This document shows positions 51,794-64,000 of a DNA stretch of 64,000 nt, in pieces (position 1 is the first letter of the stretch; the number at the start of each line of letters is the position of its first letter). The notes under the pieces are model-generated. The model ran no database searches, was not told where the DNA came from, and was given only the letters and a program-made list of their open reading frames with translations. Made by a program: the position numbers and the translations under genes. Location of the stretch: contig CACWQT010000001.1 of NCBI GenBank assembly GCA_902763185.1, positions 3,406 through 67,405 of the forward strand, given 5' to 3'. Source of the DNA: an uncultured Rhodospirillales bacterium (GTDB lineage: Bacteria; Pseudomonadota; Alphaproteobacteria; RF32; CAG-239).

Positions 51794-52669
51794 ATGAAAT
51801 CACAACTTACTCTAAATGAACTTGACTTTACGCCCGAAGAAAATCTTTCGCGTTATTTACAATCTATCAAAAAATTTCCGATTTTATCCTCTGATGAAGA
51901 ATATGACTTAGCGGTAAAATACCAAAAAACCAGAGATAAGGATTTAGCTTATAAGCTTATCACCTCGCACTTAAGGTTGGTGGTCAAGGTTGTTTCTAAA
52001 TATCGTGGTTACGGATTACCCATAGCTGAAATGATTTCAGAAGGTAATATCGGTCTTTTGTATGCTGTTGATAAATTTGAGCCAGAAAAAGGATTTAGAT
52101 TTTCGACTTATGCTTTATGGTGGATAAAAGCATCCGTGCAAAAATATATCTTAAACTCATGGTCTTTGGTAAAACTTGGAACGACTGCTGCACAAAAGAA
52201 ATTATTTTTTAATTTGCGCAAAATTAAAAATCAGCTTAATCTTATTGATGATCGTGAACTCTCTCAAAAAGTGCTGGCAGATATTGCTCAATCATTAGAT
52301 GTCAGTGTGCAAGAAGTTACTGATATGAATATGCGGCTTAAATCACATGATGGCTCGCTTAATACCATTATAGACGGTAATTCTGACGGCACTACCGAAT
52401 GGATGGATTTTATTTCCGATAATAAACCAAACCAAGAAGAAGTATTAGCACATTCCGAAACATTGCATTATCGCAAAAAAATGTTTAATAAAGCTCTCTA
52501 TGTCTTAAATAAGCGTGAAAAAGATATTCTATTTAAGCGGCGACTTTATGAAAAAAGCATCACACTAGACGATTTAAGCAAACTCTATAATATATCTAAA
52601 GAGCGCGTGCGACAAATAGAACTCAATTCTATAAGAAAAATATCTAAAGCAATAGAACTTATGCAATAG
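51794..52669 (+). CDS. rpoH: RNA polymerase sigma-32 factor RpoH
   Basis: Regions 2-4 of the sigma-70 family plus the RpoH box AQKKLFFNLRK. AGGAGA RBS precedes the ATG at 51794. The ORF track starts at 51770. Confidence 0.92.
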   Translation: MKSQLTLNELDFTPEENLSRYLQSIKKFPILSSDEEYDLAVKYQKTRDKDLAYKLITSHLRLVVKVVSKYRGYGLPIAEMISEGNIGLLYAVDKFEPEKGFRFSTYALWWIKASVQKYILNSWSLVKLGTTAAQKKLFFNLRKIKNQLNLIDDRELSQKVLADIAQSLDVSVQEVTDMNMRLKSHDGSLNTIIDGNSDGTTEWMDFISDNKPNQEEVLAHSETLHYRKKMFNKALYVLNKREKDILFKRRLYEKSITLDDLSKLYNISKERVRQIELNSIRKISKAIELMQ

Positions 52670-52735
52670 GGGGTTGAATTATCATCTTTCCTTATTATCT
52701 ATGGTCTACATCATTTTATCAATAAGGAAAAAGAC

Positions 52736-53854
52736 ATGAAAAAACAATTTATCTATATCCTTTTAGGCATAATTATCGGCATCGTTTTGTTATGGAGCGG
52801 TTTTACATGGATAAAAAAGACTTTTTTTAATCCAGCTGCTTTAGCAAAAACAGAGATAATCCACCTGAAAGTAAAGCCGATTACCGCTCAAGATATAACG
52901 ATAAACAGAGAATATATCGGCTATGTTGAAGCCATTCATCAAGTGCAAATTGTGCCATATATCAGCGGTTATCTGAAGGATATCTTAATAACTCCAGGAC
53001 AAATGGTCAAACAAGGAGAGCCTTTGGTAACAATAAATGATGCAGAATATAAGGCAAAGCTTGATGCGGCAGAAGCCAATGTGCAACAAGAAAAATCTTC
53101 CTTAGAATACAACAAAAATTATTATGAACGTGTGCAAAAATCCGGAAAAAGAGCTTTTTCTCAAACAGAAATAGATAATGCTAAAAATAATTTTCAGCAA
53201 GCAGAGGCTCAACTTAAAAATGCCCTTGCTAATGAAGAATTTGCGCGCATCAATTATAATTATACTAAAATTAATGCGCCTATTAGCGGGCTCATCGGTA
53301 ATTTTACTTTAAGTTCCGGCGATTATGTTGCGCCCCAAGCAAGTTATTTGCTGAATATTGTGCAAATCAACCCCATTCGCGTCGTTTTCTCGCTTACAGA
53401 TAAGGAATATTTAGAATTTACCGAAGATAAGAACAGTTTTAGCAACACAGTGATAAAACTTAAGATGGCTAATGGTTCTTTGTATGAATATGACGGTGAA
53501 TTTAAATACACCGACAATCAAATTAACAAGCAAACCAATACGATTGCCGTATATGCCTATTTTAAGAATGATAAGAATAAATTATTACCTAATGAATTTG
53601 TTACAGTAGAGGTTTTTAAGCTATTTAAAGACAGTGTTTTGATTGGTAAAGATTTAGTAGTTATGCGCCCTGATGGTAACTTTGTTATGATTTACAGAAA
53701 CGGATTACCTTCAGATGTTTCTGTCCAAATCATTAGTGAAACAGATAAATTTTACGTGGTCAAAAACACCTTTAATAAGGACGATTTAATTATTTTAACG
53801 CCAAATTCTATACCACCAACTTTCAATTCTTCTGATGTAAAAACTGAGGAATAA
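52736..53854 (+). CDS. RND efflux periplasmic adaptor (membrane fusion protein)
   Basis: N-terminal anchor, lipoyl/hairpin motifs (G.V....V..G..V..G..L...D), [10 protein letters not shown], and a position immediately upstream of the RND pump. Confidence 0.88.
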   Translation: MKKQFIYILLGIIIGIVLLWSGFTWIKKTFFNPAALAKTEIIHLKVKPITAQDITINREYIGYVEAIHQVQIVPYISGYLKDILITPGQMVKQGEPLVTINDAEYKAKLDAAEANVQQEKSSLEYNKNYYERVQKSGKRAFSQTEIDNAKNNFQQAEAQLKNALANEEFARINYNYTKINAPISGLIGNFTLSSGDYVAPQASYLLNIVQINPIRVVFSLTDKEYLEFTEDKNSFSNTVIKLKMANGSLYEYDGEFKYTDNQINKQTNTIAVYAYFKNDKNKLLPNEFVTVEVFKLFKDSVLIGKDLVVMRPDGNFVMIYRNGLPSDVSVQIISETDKFYVVKNTFNKDDLIILTPNSIPPTFNSSDVKTEE

Positions 53855-53856
53855 GC

Positions 53857-56800
53857 ATGTTTTCTAAATTTTTTATAGATAGGCCGCGATTTGCCATTGT
53901 TATTTCGCTTATTATGATTATTTTAGGCGGGTTGGCAATTAAAGTTTTGCCCATATCACAATTTCCAAATATAACCCCACCGCAAATAAGCATAAAAACG
54001 ACTTATCTCGGTGCAAACGCTCAAGTGCTGACAGATACGGTTTCTGTTCCGATAGAAAATGAGATAAACGGTGTTGAAGATATGATTTATATGTCGTCTT
54101 CTGCCGATGACAGCGGTTCCTATACGCTTAATGTTACTTTTGATATCGGGACGGATCCTGATATTGCTCAAGTTAAGGTGCAAAACCGCTTACAACAGGT
54201 TAACAGCGAATTGCCGGCAGAAGTTATTCAAAACGGTATAGATGTTTCAACGGAAAATGCCGATATGTTGGCGATGATTGCTCTTCGCTCACCTAAAGGT
54301 TCTTATGATGATTTGTTTTTAAGCAACTTTGCTTATACGCATATTAAAAATCCTCTTGCACGCTTGGCCGGTGTGGGCAATGTGCAAATATTCGGCCCTC
54401 AATACAGTATGCGAATTTGGCTTAATAATGATAAAATTAATGCCTTAGGCCTTAATTATAATGATGTTATCGAGGCTGTTAAAAATCAAAACGTGCAGGC
54501 AGCGATTGGTAGTATCGGTGGCGCGCCCAGCGCAAAAGGTTCTGATTTGGTACTTAACCTTACAGCCAAAGGATTACTGAACAGCGTTGAAGATTTTTCT
54601 AATATTGTTGTGGCGACCTCTTCTAACGGAAGTATTGTTTATCTTAAAGATGTTGCCAAAGTTGAACTTGGCAGAGACTTATATAATCTCAGCTCACATT
54701 ATGATAATGCACCTGCTGTTGTTATTGCGCTTAACCAAACACCAAATACCAACGCCTTAAAAACGATGGATTCTGTTCGTTTAGCTCTTAAAGAATTATC
54801 CAAAACCTTTCCTGATGATATAGACATCCAAATAGCTTATGACTCTACTGATTATGTCAGAGCTTCTATTGAGGCTATTGTGGACACGTTGTTTATTACT
54901 TTTGGATTAGTGATTTTGGTAACATATCTCTTTTTACAAAGTGTCAAAACAACTCTTATTCCGCTCATTACTATTCCCGTATCGCTGGTTGCGACGTTTA
55001 TTATCCTTTTTATACTTGGTTTCGATATTAATATTTTAACATTATTTGCAATGATTTTAGTTATCGGCTTGGTCGTTGATGATGCCATTATTGTGGTTGA
55101 GCGCGTGCAATACCTGATGAATAAAGAAAATCTTGATGCTCATACTGCCACAATCAAGGCTATGCAACAAATCAGCAGTGCTATTATTGCTACTACTTTT
55201 GTTTTGTTAGCTATTTTTGTGCCGGTAGGATTAATGGCCGGTATCACCGGAAAGATTTATCAGCAATTTGCTGTGGCAATTTCTGCTGCGATTGTTTTTT
55301 CATCATTTAATGCATTAACGTTAAGCCCAGCTTTATGCGCTATTTTTCTTAAAGAGGAAAGAAAAGCAAAAGTTTGTAAATTTTTTGAGTTTTTCAATAT
55401 TTTCTTGAATAAATTTCATCTTATTTATTCCAAATCCGTTGCTTTTTTTACCACACACATCTATCGCTCGGTTTTAGTTATACTTTGCTGTTTTTTTATT
55501 GTAGGAATTTATTTTAAGTTTACTGCAGATTCCTTTATTCCTGAAGATGACCAAGGAATTGTTTTTGCAGATATTCAACTTAAGAGCACAGATAGCATAA
55601 ATAAAACTAATTCTTTATTAAAACAAATGAGCAATGAAATCTTAAAGATGAACGGGGTTAAATATGTTATAACCGTTGCCGGATACAGTATGCTCGGCGG
55701 AAAAGGGGAAAATGTTGCATTAGGCGTTGTCGGGCTTACCGATTGGGCAAAAAGGAAAAAGAAATCTCTTTCTGCATTAAATTTGATTGAAACATTCAAT
55801 CATAAATTCAAATCAAATTCAGCGCAAATTAACTTTTTTGCGCCACCTTCTGTCCCCGGTATTGGGCAAAGTAACGGTCTTTCTTTAGAACTGATTACAA
55901 CCAATCCTGATTTTACACCTTTTGATTTAGAATACTCACTTAATAAATATTTAGCGGCTCTTAATCAAAGTAAGCTTATCGCTTATGCATTTAGCACTTT
56001 TAGAGCTGATACCCCGCATATTTACCTTAATATTGATCGAACTAAGCTTCAGTATTATCATATTCCGGTAGCGGAATTGTTTGCTACCCTGCAAAGCAAT
56101 TTAGGTTCAAATTACATTAACAATATCACTCTTAACGGATTGATTAATCGCGTTATTTTACAAGCGGACTTCAAATATCGCAAGAACATTGAAGATATCA
56201 AAAATCTTTACGCCAAAAACACAAAAAATAATCTCATTAAAATCGGCAGTTTTACTGATATTTCAACGGAAATATCACCTAAAATCTTGTATAGATATAA
56301 TTTATACCCTGCTGCAGCCATTACTGCCCAAGCAGCGCCAGGGGCCAGCACCGGAGAGGCCATGGACACCCTTGAACAAATTGCTCAACAGCTTTTACCT
56401 AAAGGATTTACCATCAATTGGACTGCTTTGTCGCTACAAGAAGCTGAAACAAGAGGTCTCATTGTGGTTTTGGTTTCGTTATCCGTTGTCTTTTGCTATT
56501 TATTTTTGGTTGCTTTGTATGAAAGTTGGATGCTTGCTTTTGCTGTTATGTTTTCAACTGTATTTGCTGTTTTAGGGGCTTTTTCAGGTCTGCATTTGTT
56601 TCACCTGCCTTTGAGCATTTATGCGCAACTCGGTGTGGTTTTGCTGATTGGATTAGCGGCTAAAAACGCTATTTTGATTGTTGACTTTAATAAACATTAT
56701 CGCGCACAAGGGTTTTCTATTGTTGACGCAGCCCAAAAAGGTGCTGATGAACGTTTTAGAGCAGTATTGATGACCGCCATGACTTTTATTTTAGGTGTTT

Positions 56801-57006
56801 TTCCAATGATTATTGCCACAGGCCCCGGGGCAAATTCCCAAATATCAATCGGAGTAACGGTATTTTTCGGGATGATTTTTGCCACATTTATAGGCATTAT
56901 ATTTGTGCCGACAATGTTTGCTTTATTTGAAAGTATTAAAGAGCATTTTTATCCTGTAAATACTGCTTATTCAACTGCTAACTCAGAGGAGCAGGCCAAT
57001 GTATAA
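53857..57006 (+). CDS. RND multidrug efflux transporter, AcrB/MexB family
   Basis: 1049 aa with 12 TM helices. N-terminus [30 protein letters not shown] and [11 protein letters not shown] motifs. Confidence 0.93.
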   Translation: MFSKFFIDRPRFAIVISLIMIILGGLAIKVLPISQFPNITPPQISIKTTYLGANAQVLTDTVSVPIENEINGVEDMIYMSSSADDSGSYTLNVTFDIGTDPDIAQVKVQNRLQQVNSELPAEVIQNGIDVSTENADMLAMIALRSPKGSYDDLFLSNFAYTHIKNPLARLAGVGNVQIFGPQYSMRIWLNNDKINALGLNYNDVIEAVKNQNVQAAIGSIGGAPSAKGSDLVLNLTAKGLLNSVEDFSNIVVATSSNGSIVYLKDVAKVELGRDLYNLSSHYDNAPAVVIALNQTPNTNALKTMDSVRLALKELSKTFPDDIDIQIAYDSTDYVRASIEAIVDTLFITFGLVILVTYLFLQSVKTTLIPLITIPVSLVATFIILFILGFDINILTLFAMILVIGLVVDDAIIVVERVQYLMNKENLDAHTATIKAMQQISSAIIATTFVLLAIFVPVGLMAGITGKIYQQFAVAISAAIVFSSFNALTLSPALCAIFLKEERKAKVCKFFEFFNIFLNKFHLIYSKSVAFFTTHIYRSVLVILCCFFIVGIYFKFTADSFIPEDDQGIVFADIQLKSTDSINKTNSLLKQMSNEILKMNGVKYVITVAGYSMLGGKGENVALGVVGLTDWAKRKKKSLSALNLIETFNHKFKSNSAQINFFAPPSVPGIGQSNGLSLELITTNPDFTPFDLEYSLNKYLAALNQSKLIAYAFSTFRADTPHIYLNIDRTKLQYYHIPVAELFATLQSNLGSNYINNITLNGLINRVILQADFKYRKNIEDIKNLYAKNTKNNLIKIGSFTDISTEISPKILYRYNLYPAAAITAQAAPGASTGEAMDTLEQIAQQLLPKGFTINWTALSLQEAETRGLIVVLVSLSVVFCYLFLVALYESWMLAFAVMFSTVFAVLGAFSGLHLFHLPLSIYAQLGVVLLIGLAAKNAILIVDFNKHYRAQGFSIVDAAQKGADERFRAVLMTAMTFILGVFPMIIATGPGANSQISIGVTVFFGMIFATFIGIIFVPTMFALFESIKEHFYPVNTAYSTANSEEQANV

Positions 57007-58438
57007 ATTGTTGTCATTCTTCTTAATTTTCGGGCTAGTCGCCTGTCGTGTCGGGAATGAGACTCAAATTCCCGATTTCATTCCTGAAAAAGATGTTCAA
57101 CAAACTTTAAATCTCTCAAAACAGAATAACAAACCTCTAAATACATTAAGTGATATTTTCCATAACAAGGATTTAAATACACTGCTCACTTTAGCCTATA
57201 CCAATAATCTGGATATAAAACAAGGAGTAGAGCGTTTGCAACAATCTCGTTATGCATTTTTAATAAATTCAAGCCAAACGCTACCAATGCTTGATGCAAA
57301 GGGTAGTTATGATTTTTCCAAAGCAAATAATTCCCGTGACATTATGTTAAAATCAAATACGTTTAAAGTCGGGTTTGACGCTTCTTGGGAACTGGATATA
57401 TGGGGAAAAGGTTATTATATTTCAAGGCAATATTTTGAACTGATGAAAAATGCCGAATACTCCCTTTTTAATCTTCATGTTTCGTTATTTGCAGAGGTCG
57501 CTCAAGATTATTTCAATCTCCTAAAATCCTTAGAATTGCTAAGAATTACAAAGCAAAATTTGCGCTTGCAGAATGATATTTTGCAGATTGTTCGTGATAA
57601 GCATAAATCCGGTGTTGCTGATGATTTAGCGCTCAATCAGGCAGAATTTCGCGTGGCTCAAACAAAATCTTTATTGCCTCCGCTTGAGTTTCAAATAGAA
57701 AATTATAAAAACTCGTTGGCTGTTTTATTAAACATTTTGCCGGATAAATTACCGATATCTTTTAATTCCAAGCATCAACGTCTGGTTTCCACTCCTTTTA
57801 AATACAGTGTTAAAAATTTATATAATTTACCTTTATCGGTTCTTCGCTCCAGACCGGATGTTATGATGACAGAAGCCTTGCTTCGCAGTAAAAGTGCGGC
57901 TCTCAATGTGGCAATTACCAATCTTTATCCTTCAATTTCTTTGTCTGCTGCCTTTTCCTATCTTAGTAACAGTGGAACAGCTTTATTGCAAACCGATAAT
58001 CAATATTACGGATATTCTGTAAACATTTTACAACCAATTTGGCATTGGAGGCAACTCGTCAATAACATTGAATTACAAAAGCATATTCAGCAGGAATATC
58101 TATACCAATATAATGAAGTTCTGCTAACCGCTTTAATAGAGATAAAAAATGCTATAATCAATATTGATAAAACCTATCAAACCAGTATGAGATTACGTCA
58201 AGCTGAGAATAAAATGAGTCAAATTTTCCTCCTTACTTTAGAGAAATATAAAAATGGTTTGATTGATTTCACAGATGTTGCCGAAGCTGAAGAAAATTTC
58301 CTTTCAGCGCAAAATAAAGTTGTATCCAGCAATACTGATGTTCTTTTGGCGCTCACATCTTTTTATAAGGCTATCGGCGGAGAATATTGTGACATTACTT
58401 CGGATAAGTACCATTATCCAACGGAACATCCTGATTAA
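56999..58438 (+). CDS. RND efflux outer membrane factor lipoprotein (NodT/OprM family)
   Basis: Lipobox LVAC and two TolC-like repeats. It overlaps the pump gene by 8 nt. Confidence 0.88.
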   Translation: MYKLLSFFLIFGLVACRVGNETQIPDFIPEKDVQQTLNLSKQNNKPLNTLSDIFHNKDLNTLLTLAYTNNLDIKQGVERLQQSRYAFLINSSQTLPMLDAKGSYDFSKANNSRDIMLKSNTFKVGFDASWELDIWGKGYYISRQYFELMKNAEYSLFNLHVSLFAEVAQDYFNLLKSLELLRITKQNLRLQNDILQIVRDKHKSGVADDLALNQAEFRVAQTKSLLPPLEFQIENYKNSLAVLLNILPDKLPISFNSKHQRLVSTPFKYSVKNLYNLPLSVLRSRPDVMMTEALLRSKSAALNVAITNLYPSISLSAAFSYLSNSGTALLQTDNQYYGYSVNILQPIWHWRQLVNNIELQKHIQQEYLYQYNEVLLTALIEIKNAIINIDKTYQTSMRLRQAENKMSQIFLLTLEKYKNGLIDFTDVAEAEENFLSAQNKVVSSNTDVLLALTSFYKAIGGEYCDITSDKYHYPTEHPD

Positions 58439-58859
58439 CACTTTGAGGTTTATATACAAACAAATTACTGGCTTCGGGAATATCTGAAGTTCTCTCTACA
58501 TAGCCCTTATTTAACATACATTTTTGATATTTACTCGGACTACTATCGGAATCATCTCTTACTGAGTTAACCATCACGGGCATTGCCCCCGGATAAGGAA
58601 CAAAACTTGCCCAAATGCCGTGGTCCTTGTGCCATTTTACAACCGTATCGTATCTTTGTTCTTCGGTATAAAACCAGCTCTTAAAGCTCGGCCAAAATTT
58701 AAATGCTTCTGCCTTACGCATACATTCTGAATGATCTCTGGCAAATTTTATTCCACCAGTATTATATCTGTCCCAATGAAAAACGACCTGCCCTTTTTTG
58801 CTACTACAAGAGCTCAAAAGTAAAACCAGTATGAAACAAAGAAACTTTTTCATCTTCAA
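58395..58859 (-). CDS. Hypothetical lipoprotein
   Basis: Signal peptide with lipobox LLLSSC. ATGA overlap with the upstream GST gene. The 3' end overlaps the convergent OMF gene by 44 nt. Confidence 0.6.
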   Translation of the reverse strand: MKMKKFLCFILVLLLSSCSSKKGQVVFHWDRYNTGGIKFARDHSECMRKAEAFKFWPSFKSWFYTEEQRYDTVVKWHKDHGIWASFVPYPGAMPVMVNSVRDDSDSSPSKYQKCMLNKGYVERTSDIPEASNLFVYKPQSVNQDVPLDNGTYPK

Positions 58860-59521
58860 AAATCCAAATTTGTATAATTTGCTGATGGGGCGATGCCTTT
58901 GATGTTGTCTTTTAGCAAATCCTTAAAACTCGGTCTGGATTTTATTTTAGCATACCAAATTTTGGCATTTTTATACTCAGACCACGGAATATCTCCCAAA
59001 TAATCTATAACAGATAAATGTGCTGCTGCGGTCAAGTCAGCCAAACTCAGCGACTTGCCTGCAATATAATTGTTTCTATCTGTCAGATACTCAATATATT
59101 CCATATGATATTTGAGATTATTCAGTCCAGCTTTTAATATTTTAGAATTAGGAGCTTCTTTAAGACGAAATCTTTTTATAATTTTTTCTGTTACAATATA
59201 TTTGTAAACTTCATTATAAAATTTCATATCAAACCAATCAGCAATACGTCTTACTTCTGCACGTTCTTTTACATCTGTCGGTAAAAGCTTATATTGAGGA
59301 TTACTTTCTTCCAAATATTCAGTTATTGCATAATTTCCGGCAATCACATTGCCATCAAAAATAAGCACTGGCAATTCCCCTGCAGGATTTATTTTAAGAA
59401 TATCCGGAGATATATTCCATGGCTCCTCTTCTTTTAAGACAAACAGCATTTTCTTTTCCGCCATAATCAAGCGAATCTTACGCGATTGCGGCGATATGCT
59501 ATGATGTACCAACAGAACCAT
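58856..59521 (-). CDS. Glutathione S-transferase family protein
   Basis: Thioredoxin-like N-terminal domain (SPQSRKIRL...GELPVL...I..YL) followed by a helical C-terminal domain of GST length. Confidence 0.75.
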   Translation of the reverse strand: MVLLVHHSISPQSRKIRLIMAEKKMLFVLKEEEPWNISPDILKINPAGELPVLIFDGNVIAGNYAITEYLEESNPQYKLLPTDVKERAEVRRIADWFDMKFYNEVYKYIVTEKIIKRFRLKEAPNSKILKAGLNNLKYHMEYIEYLTDRNNYIAGKSLSLADLTAAAHLSVIDYLGDIPWSEYKNAKIWYAKIKSRPSFKDLLKDNIKGIAPSANYTNLDF

Positions 59522-59564
59522 TTAATCCCTCCTAAAATCTTTCAGTATGCTATACTTATATTTT

Positions 59565-60539
59565 CTAATTTTCAAGTTTTTGTTCATCTTCTGTCGGGTT
59601 TTCATTTTCCTGCTCTGATGAAGAAATTTCTCTTGTATATGTCGGGGGAACAATGCCTTCCGTATTCTTTCTATAAATATCAACCAGTTCATCAAGTGTT
59701 TCTTTAACGGCTTTCCGATACTGAGAGCTTTTTAAGTAATCTGACAAATCTTCTACATGCTTATTCCTTAATACTTCAGGGCGCACGCGTATAAATAGCG
59801 GCATTTTCCAAACCGGATTTTTGCTATATGTCACATAATTTCTTATCCCCTGTTTATAACTTTCCAACAAACTAGGATAATAGCTTGCTGCAATAAAATC
59901 AATTTCTCCGGTTAACAGTTGCTTATATGCCTCGTTATAATTATCTACGCTGTTTATTCCAAGATTGGCAAAATCGTTTAAGATGTTATCTGCAATTCTG
60001 TCTTGTTTAACATAGATGCCTTTATATTTTTTGAGATCATTTCTTTCTTTTAAATCTAATTTGGTTTGTGCAGCTGTTATAATATGGACATTATTAACAA
60101 AGAAAGCCGGATAAATCTCTTTATTTCTGGAATAAATATGTTCTTTATACGGCGCACCAAAAATAGCATTTATATGGTGTCCAGAAGTATCCCATTGACT
60201 TTCAATTTTTCCACCGCGCTCCATGTGTAAAACTTGGTCTTGAAATCCTTTTGATAAGGAAGTGATTATAATTTTGATTCCGTATTCTTCTTTTAAGTTT
60301 TCAAAAATTTTATTAAAAATCGAGCCTTGTTCATAAGAAGAAACAGGAAAATTATCTTCATCTGCAATAGCAATAATAGCTAATCGTATTCCTCGTAATG
60401 TTTCTATATCATTGATGGTTTCATCTCTATATCTTGGGATATCAAAACCATATGTATCTTTTCCAAACATCTCTATTGTATAGGCATTAACATTGGTGGC
60501 AAAAAACAAACTCAAAATGAGTGAAGCAATAAGTTTCAT
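59565..60539 (-). CDS. Secreted protein, periplasmic substrate-binding-protein-like (family 3-like), acidic C-terminal tail
   Basis: Signal peptide ...ATNVNA. A weak SBP-type pattern (LTGEIDFIAASYYP). No transporter genes lie nearby, so the assignment is tentative. Confidence 0.4.
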   Translation of the reverse strand: MKLIASLILSLFFATNVNAYTIEMFGKDTYGFDIPRYRDETINDIETLRGIRLAIIAIADEDNFPVSSYEQGSIFNKIFENLKEEYGIKIIITSLSKGFQDQVLHMERGGKIESQWDTSGHHINAIFGAPYKEHIYSRNKEIYPAFFVNNVHIITAAQTKLDLKERNDLKKYKGIYVKQDRIADNILNDFANLGINSVDNYNEAYKQLLTGEIDFIAASYYPSLLESYKQGIRNYVTYSKNPVWKMPLFIRVRPEVLRNKHVEDLSDYLKSSQYRKAVKETLDELVDIYRKNTEGIVPPTYTREISSSEQENENPTEDEQKLEN

Positions 60540-60648
60540 TGGTAACTCCTAAAAAGAATCTTTGCTATTTAAAAGTATAGTTGTTATTATATTAAAAAAT
60601 TATTGCATTTATGCAACATATTAAATCTATCTTGTTAATGGAGGGATT

Positions 60649-61455
60649 GTGTCAGAAAATCTTAATGCTGTATATAAGCAGTTATTTTTGGATAAAGAGA
60701 AAACACAAAATATTTCTGTTTTGTTGGCCGGTGCCGAGCATATAGGTGTATCTTGGTGTTCATTAACTTTGGCTCATGCCCTTAATCTCTCAAAGCAAAA
60801 AGTTTTACTTATTGACGGCAATGGTAATTTTTCTAATATAAGCACTTATATTTTATTGCAGAATCCTCTGTATTTGGATGATTATTTCCAAGAAAATAAA
60901 ACGCTTAATCAGTTAATTACAGCTTACAGAAATAAAGATTTCAATATTTTAACAGCAAAACCGGGAAATAATTATTTGGAAACCAATCCTCTCGGGCGAA
61001 TCCACATACTGATTAATGATTTAATAAATTTGATTGAGCCGTATAATCATACCTTAGTAGATATCGGGGCAGACGTTAATGAAAAAAATATAGCCTTTTG
61101 CCATATTGCCAGTAATTTAATTTTTATTTTATCGCAAAAAAATTCTGACCTTATTAAGACCTTTGAAACTATCAATTTTTTACATAAAAGCGGCATTAAA
61201 GCTAAGTATAATTTAATAATTAATAAGGTAAATTCTTTCGAAGATGGATACAAAATATTTAAGGAGCTATCTAAAGCAACGGATAAAAATAATCTGCCTA
61301 TATTGCATCTGTTGGGTATTATACGTAATGACACTCGAGTGCGTGATACAATCAGAAACAAAGAATTACTGCTTTCACGATACCCGACATCGGAGGCAGC
61401 TGTTGATATTAAAAATATAGCTCAAAAACTTATAGGAGAGCAAAGCAATGGTTAA
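60649..61455 (+). CDS. ParA/MinD/FlhG-like protein with degenerate Walker A
   Basis: It aligns with the MinD/FlhG layout (VLLIDGNGNFSN ... TLVDIGAD ... ILSQKNSDLIKTFETINFL). The deviant Walker A position reads LLAGAEHIGVSW instead of xxSGKGGVGKS/T. GTG start preceded by GGAGGG. Confidence 0.6.
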   Translation: MSENLNAVYKQLFLDKEKTQNISVLLAGAEHIGVSWCSLTLAHALNLSKQKVLLIDGNGNFSNISTYILLQNPLYLDDYFQENKTLNQLITAYRNKDFNILTAKPGNNYLETNPLGRIHILINDLINLIEPYNHTLVDIGADVNEKNIAFCHIASNLIFILSQKNSDLIKTFETINFLHKSGIKAKYNLIINKVNSFEDGYKIFKELSKATDKNNLPILHLLGIIRNDTRVRDTIRNKELLLSRYPTSEAAVDIKNIAQKLIGEQSNG

Positions 61456-62596
61456 AACTTCTTTTGATGCACTCAGCTATTATAAAATACTTAATGTCAG
61501 ACCCGATGCTGATGATGAAACCATCCGGCAAAAATATCGTGAGCTTGCCAAATTTTGGCACCCGGATCACAATAGTGATGAGAAAGCCGTTGATATGTTT
61601 CAAAAAATTTCTGTTGCTTATGATATTTTAAAAGACAACAAATTACGATTAAAATATGACTTGCTGTCCATTATTTATTCAACGGTAAATTTTCCAGATA
61701 TGAATGCCTTGAGCCTTATTCGCAATATGCATGGACAAGAAGATATGAATTTAAGAGCTTTTCATTTGACGGAAATTACCGGTAAAGGAATTGGACATAA
61801 GTGCATTGATAAGGTTTATTATTGCAGCCAATATGAGGCATCCGGTATAATAAAAAGCATTACTAAACATAATTGGACTTACGGCTTTTTAGGTATCACA
61901 GCTATTTTTGCCAATATTAAGGCCATTATACAAAATATCACACGTGTTGGTAATAAAAAAGACAATCTGCTGTTATCTATCCATAATTCCCTTGTTTATG
62001 TAGCTGAAGGAAAAAATCAAGAAGCAGCTACTTTGGCTGTTTTAGCGCGCGAATTTGCGGATAATGACGCTAAAAATATTATAAATAGGTATATAGACAG
62101 CCTTAATCAAACTTCTTTATACAGCCTCAAGCCGTGGAATTTTTCAACTTTTCGTCATCAACAATTGCTTTATCCTGTTGGTTTAGTGGGTGCTGTGGCG
62201 CTTCTTTTAGGCTTTTGGAGCGCTCATACTTATTACAAGAAAGCTCGTTTTGATACCGGCGTTAAGAAAGTCGTTGTATTTAATGACGGTAAAGAGGTTT
62301 ATAGTGATGTTGCAGTCGCTCGAATTTTTGATATTCCTGTTGACGTTTATGATACAAACCAGTTATATCATGTTACCGAAAAGACAGACGCATTGCATGG
62401 CGCGGATGAAAGCTTTGATGTTTATAAACCCATTGACGAAGGCACAACTGTTCGGGTAACCGGACACACATTGGATGAAAAGTGGTTTCGTGTGATGTTC
62501 GATAATGGTGAAATGGCGTTTATTAAAGCCAAGTATTTAGACAAGGGAATCGGCAAGGAAATTCCTATTTGGAGTAAAATTTATAAAGAAAGATAA
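61448..62596 (+). CDS. J-domain membrane protein with C-terminal SH3-like domain
   Basis: J-domain YYKILNVRPDADDETIRQKYRELAKFWHPDHN (HPD present), hydrophobic segments near aa 145-165 and 245-265, and a C-terminal TVRVTGHTLDEKWFRVMFDNGEMAFIKAKYL resembling bacterial SH3. It overlaps the upstream gene by 8 nt. Confidence 0.7.
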   Translation: MVKTSFDALSYYKILNVRPDADDETIRQKYRELAKFWHPDHNSDEKAVDMFQKISVAYDILKDNKLRLKYDLLSIIYSTVNFPDMNALSLIRNMHGQEDMNLRAFHLTEITGKGIGHKCIDKVYYCSQYEASGIIKSITKHNWTYGFLGITAIFANIKAIIQNITRVGNKKDNLLLSIHNSLVYVAEGKNQEAATLAVLAREFADNDAKNIINRYIDSLNQTSLYSLKPWNFSTFRHQQLLYPVGLVGAVALLLGFWSAHTYYKKARFDTGVKKVVVFNDGKEVYSDVAVARIFDIPVDVYDTNQLYHVTEKTDALHGADESFDVYKPIDEGTTVRVTGHTLDEKWFRVMFDNGEMAFIKAKYLDKGIGKEIPIWSKIYKER

Positions 62597-63730
<1,134 letters not shown>

Positions 63731-63732
63731 TT

Positions 63733-64000
63733 ATGGCAAAAAAGAGTGTCTGTAATGATAAAGACGAGCTTCTTTCCGCTTTTATCAAAGAAAATAAGAA
63801 AAACGGTATCCGTGTTTTTGTGGCTGGCGGTTCGCGTAGCGGTAATAATCCACTTTATGTGCGCGAAACCTATAATCTTGGCAAAAAGATTGTTGAAATG
63901 GGATTTAAGCTTGATTTCGGATTATCTAATTCCGGAATTATGGGGGCTGTGGCACGCGGTGTTATGGACGCATGGAATGCCAAGCAAAATTGCAATACGC
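63733..64000 (+). CDS. LOG family / TIGR00730 Rossmann-fold protein (5' part, truncated by the window end)
   Basis: My translation gives MAKKSVCNDKDELLSAFIKENKKNGIRVFVAGGSRSGNNPLYVRETYNLGKKIVEMGFKLDFGLSNSGIMGAVARGV, which matches the N-terminal GGS...G.MG pattern of LOG proteins. Confidence 0.6.
   Translation, partial: MAKKSVCNDKDELLSAFIKENKKNGIRVFVAGGSRSGNNPLYVRETYNLGKKIVEMGFKLDFGLSNSGIMGAVARGVMDAWNAKQNCNT

Overview
A 64-kb AT-rich chromosomal segment. Hand counts give about 32% G+C in ordinary coding DNA. Gene content and local synteny point to an alphaproteobacterium, possibly a host-associated lineage: plsY-dprA-topA, pyrH-frr-uppS-cdsA-rseP-bamA-lpxD-fabZ, an alphaproteobacterial-type TolC, and RpoH with its RpoH box. 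That taxonomic placement is inference only. Most of the window is densely packed housekeeping: an EnvZ/OmpR-like two-component pair, pgsA, uvrC, yajC-secD-secF, an NlpD-like LysM/M23 lipoprotein, sufB, topA, dprA, plsY, the envelope/lipid cluster, sufS-sufT-sufE, comF, tolC, glgP, tRNA-Ser(GCU), class II fba, infC, ligA, rluD, rpoH, a tripartite RND efflux pump, a GST, tgt and a partial LOG-family gene. No CRISPR array, transposase, integrase or rRNA was seen. The most interesting part is a six-gene minus-strand block (42933-50588) between ligA and rluD. It is built around an orphan VirD4/TraG-type coupling ATPase and five proteins I could not assign to a family. These include two with a shared 'WHFDI' membrane module, one of which ends in a NERD-like domain, and one carrying eight copies of a [GS]LDxhh[TS] motif. 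Other points worth a second look:
- a SucC/SucD-like pair coupled to the suf genes in which the catalytic phospho-histidine is replaced
- a ParA/MinD-like protein with a destroyed P-loop, overlapping a membrane J-domain/SH3 protein
- a pyrE-like gene at about 52-55% G+C in a genome of about 32% G+C
- a clustered 9-mer motif and two palindromes upstream of a frameshifted autotransporter
- tandem GT-C glycosyltransferase paralogs
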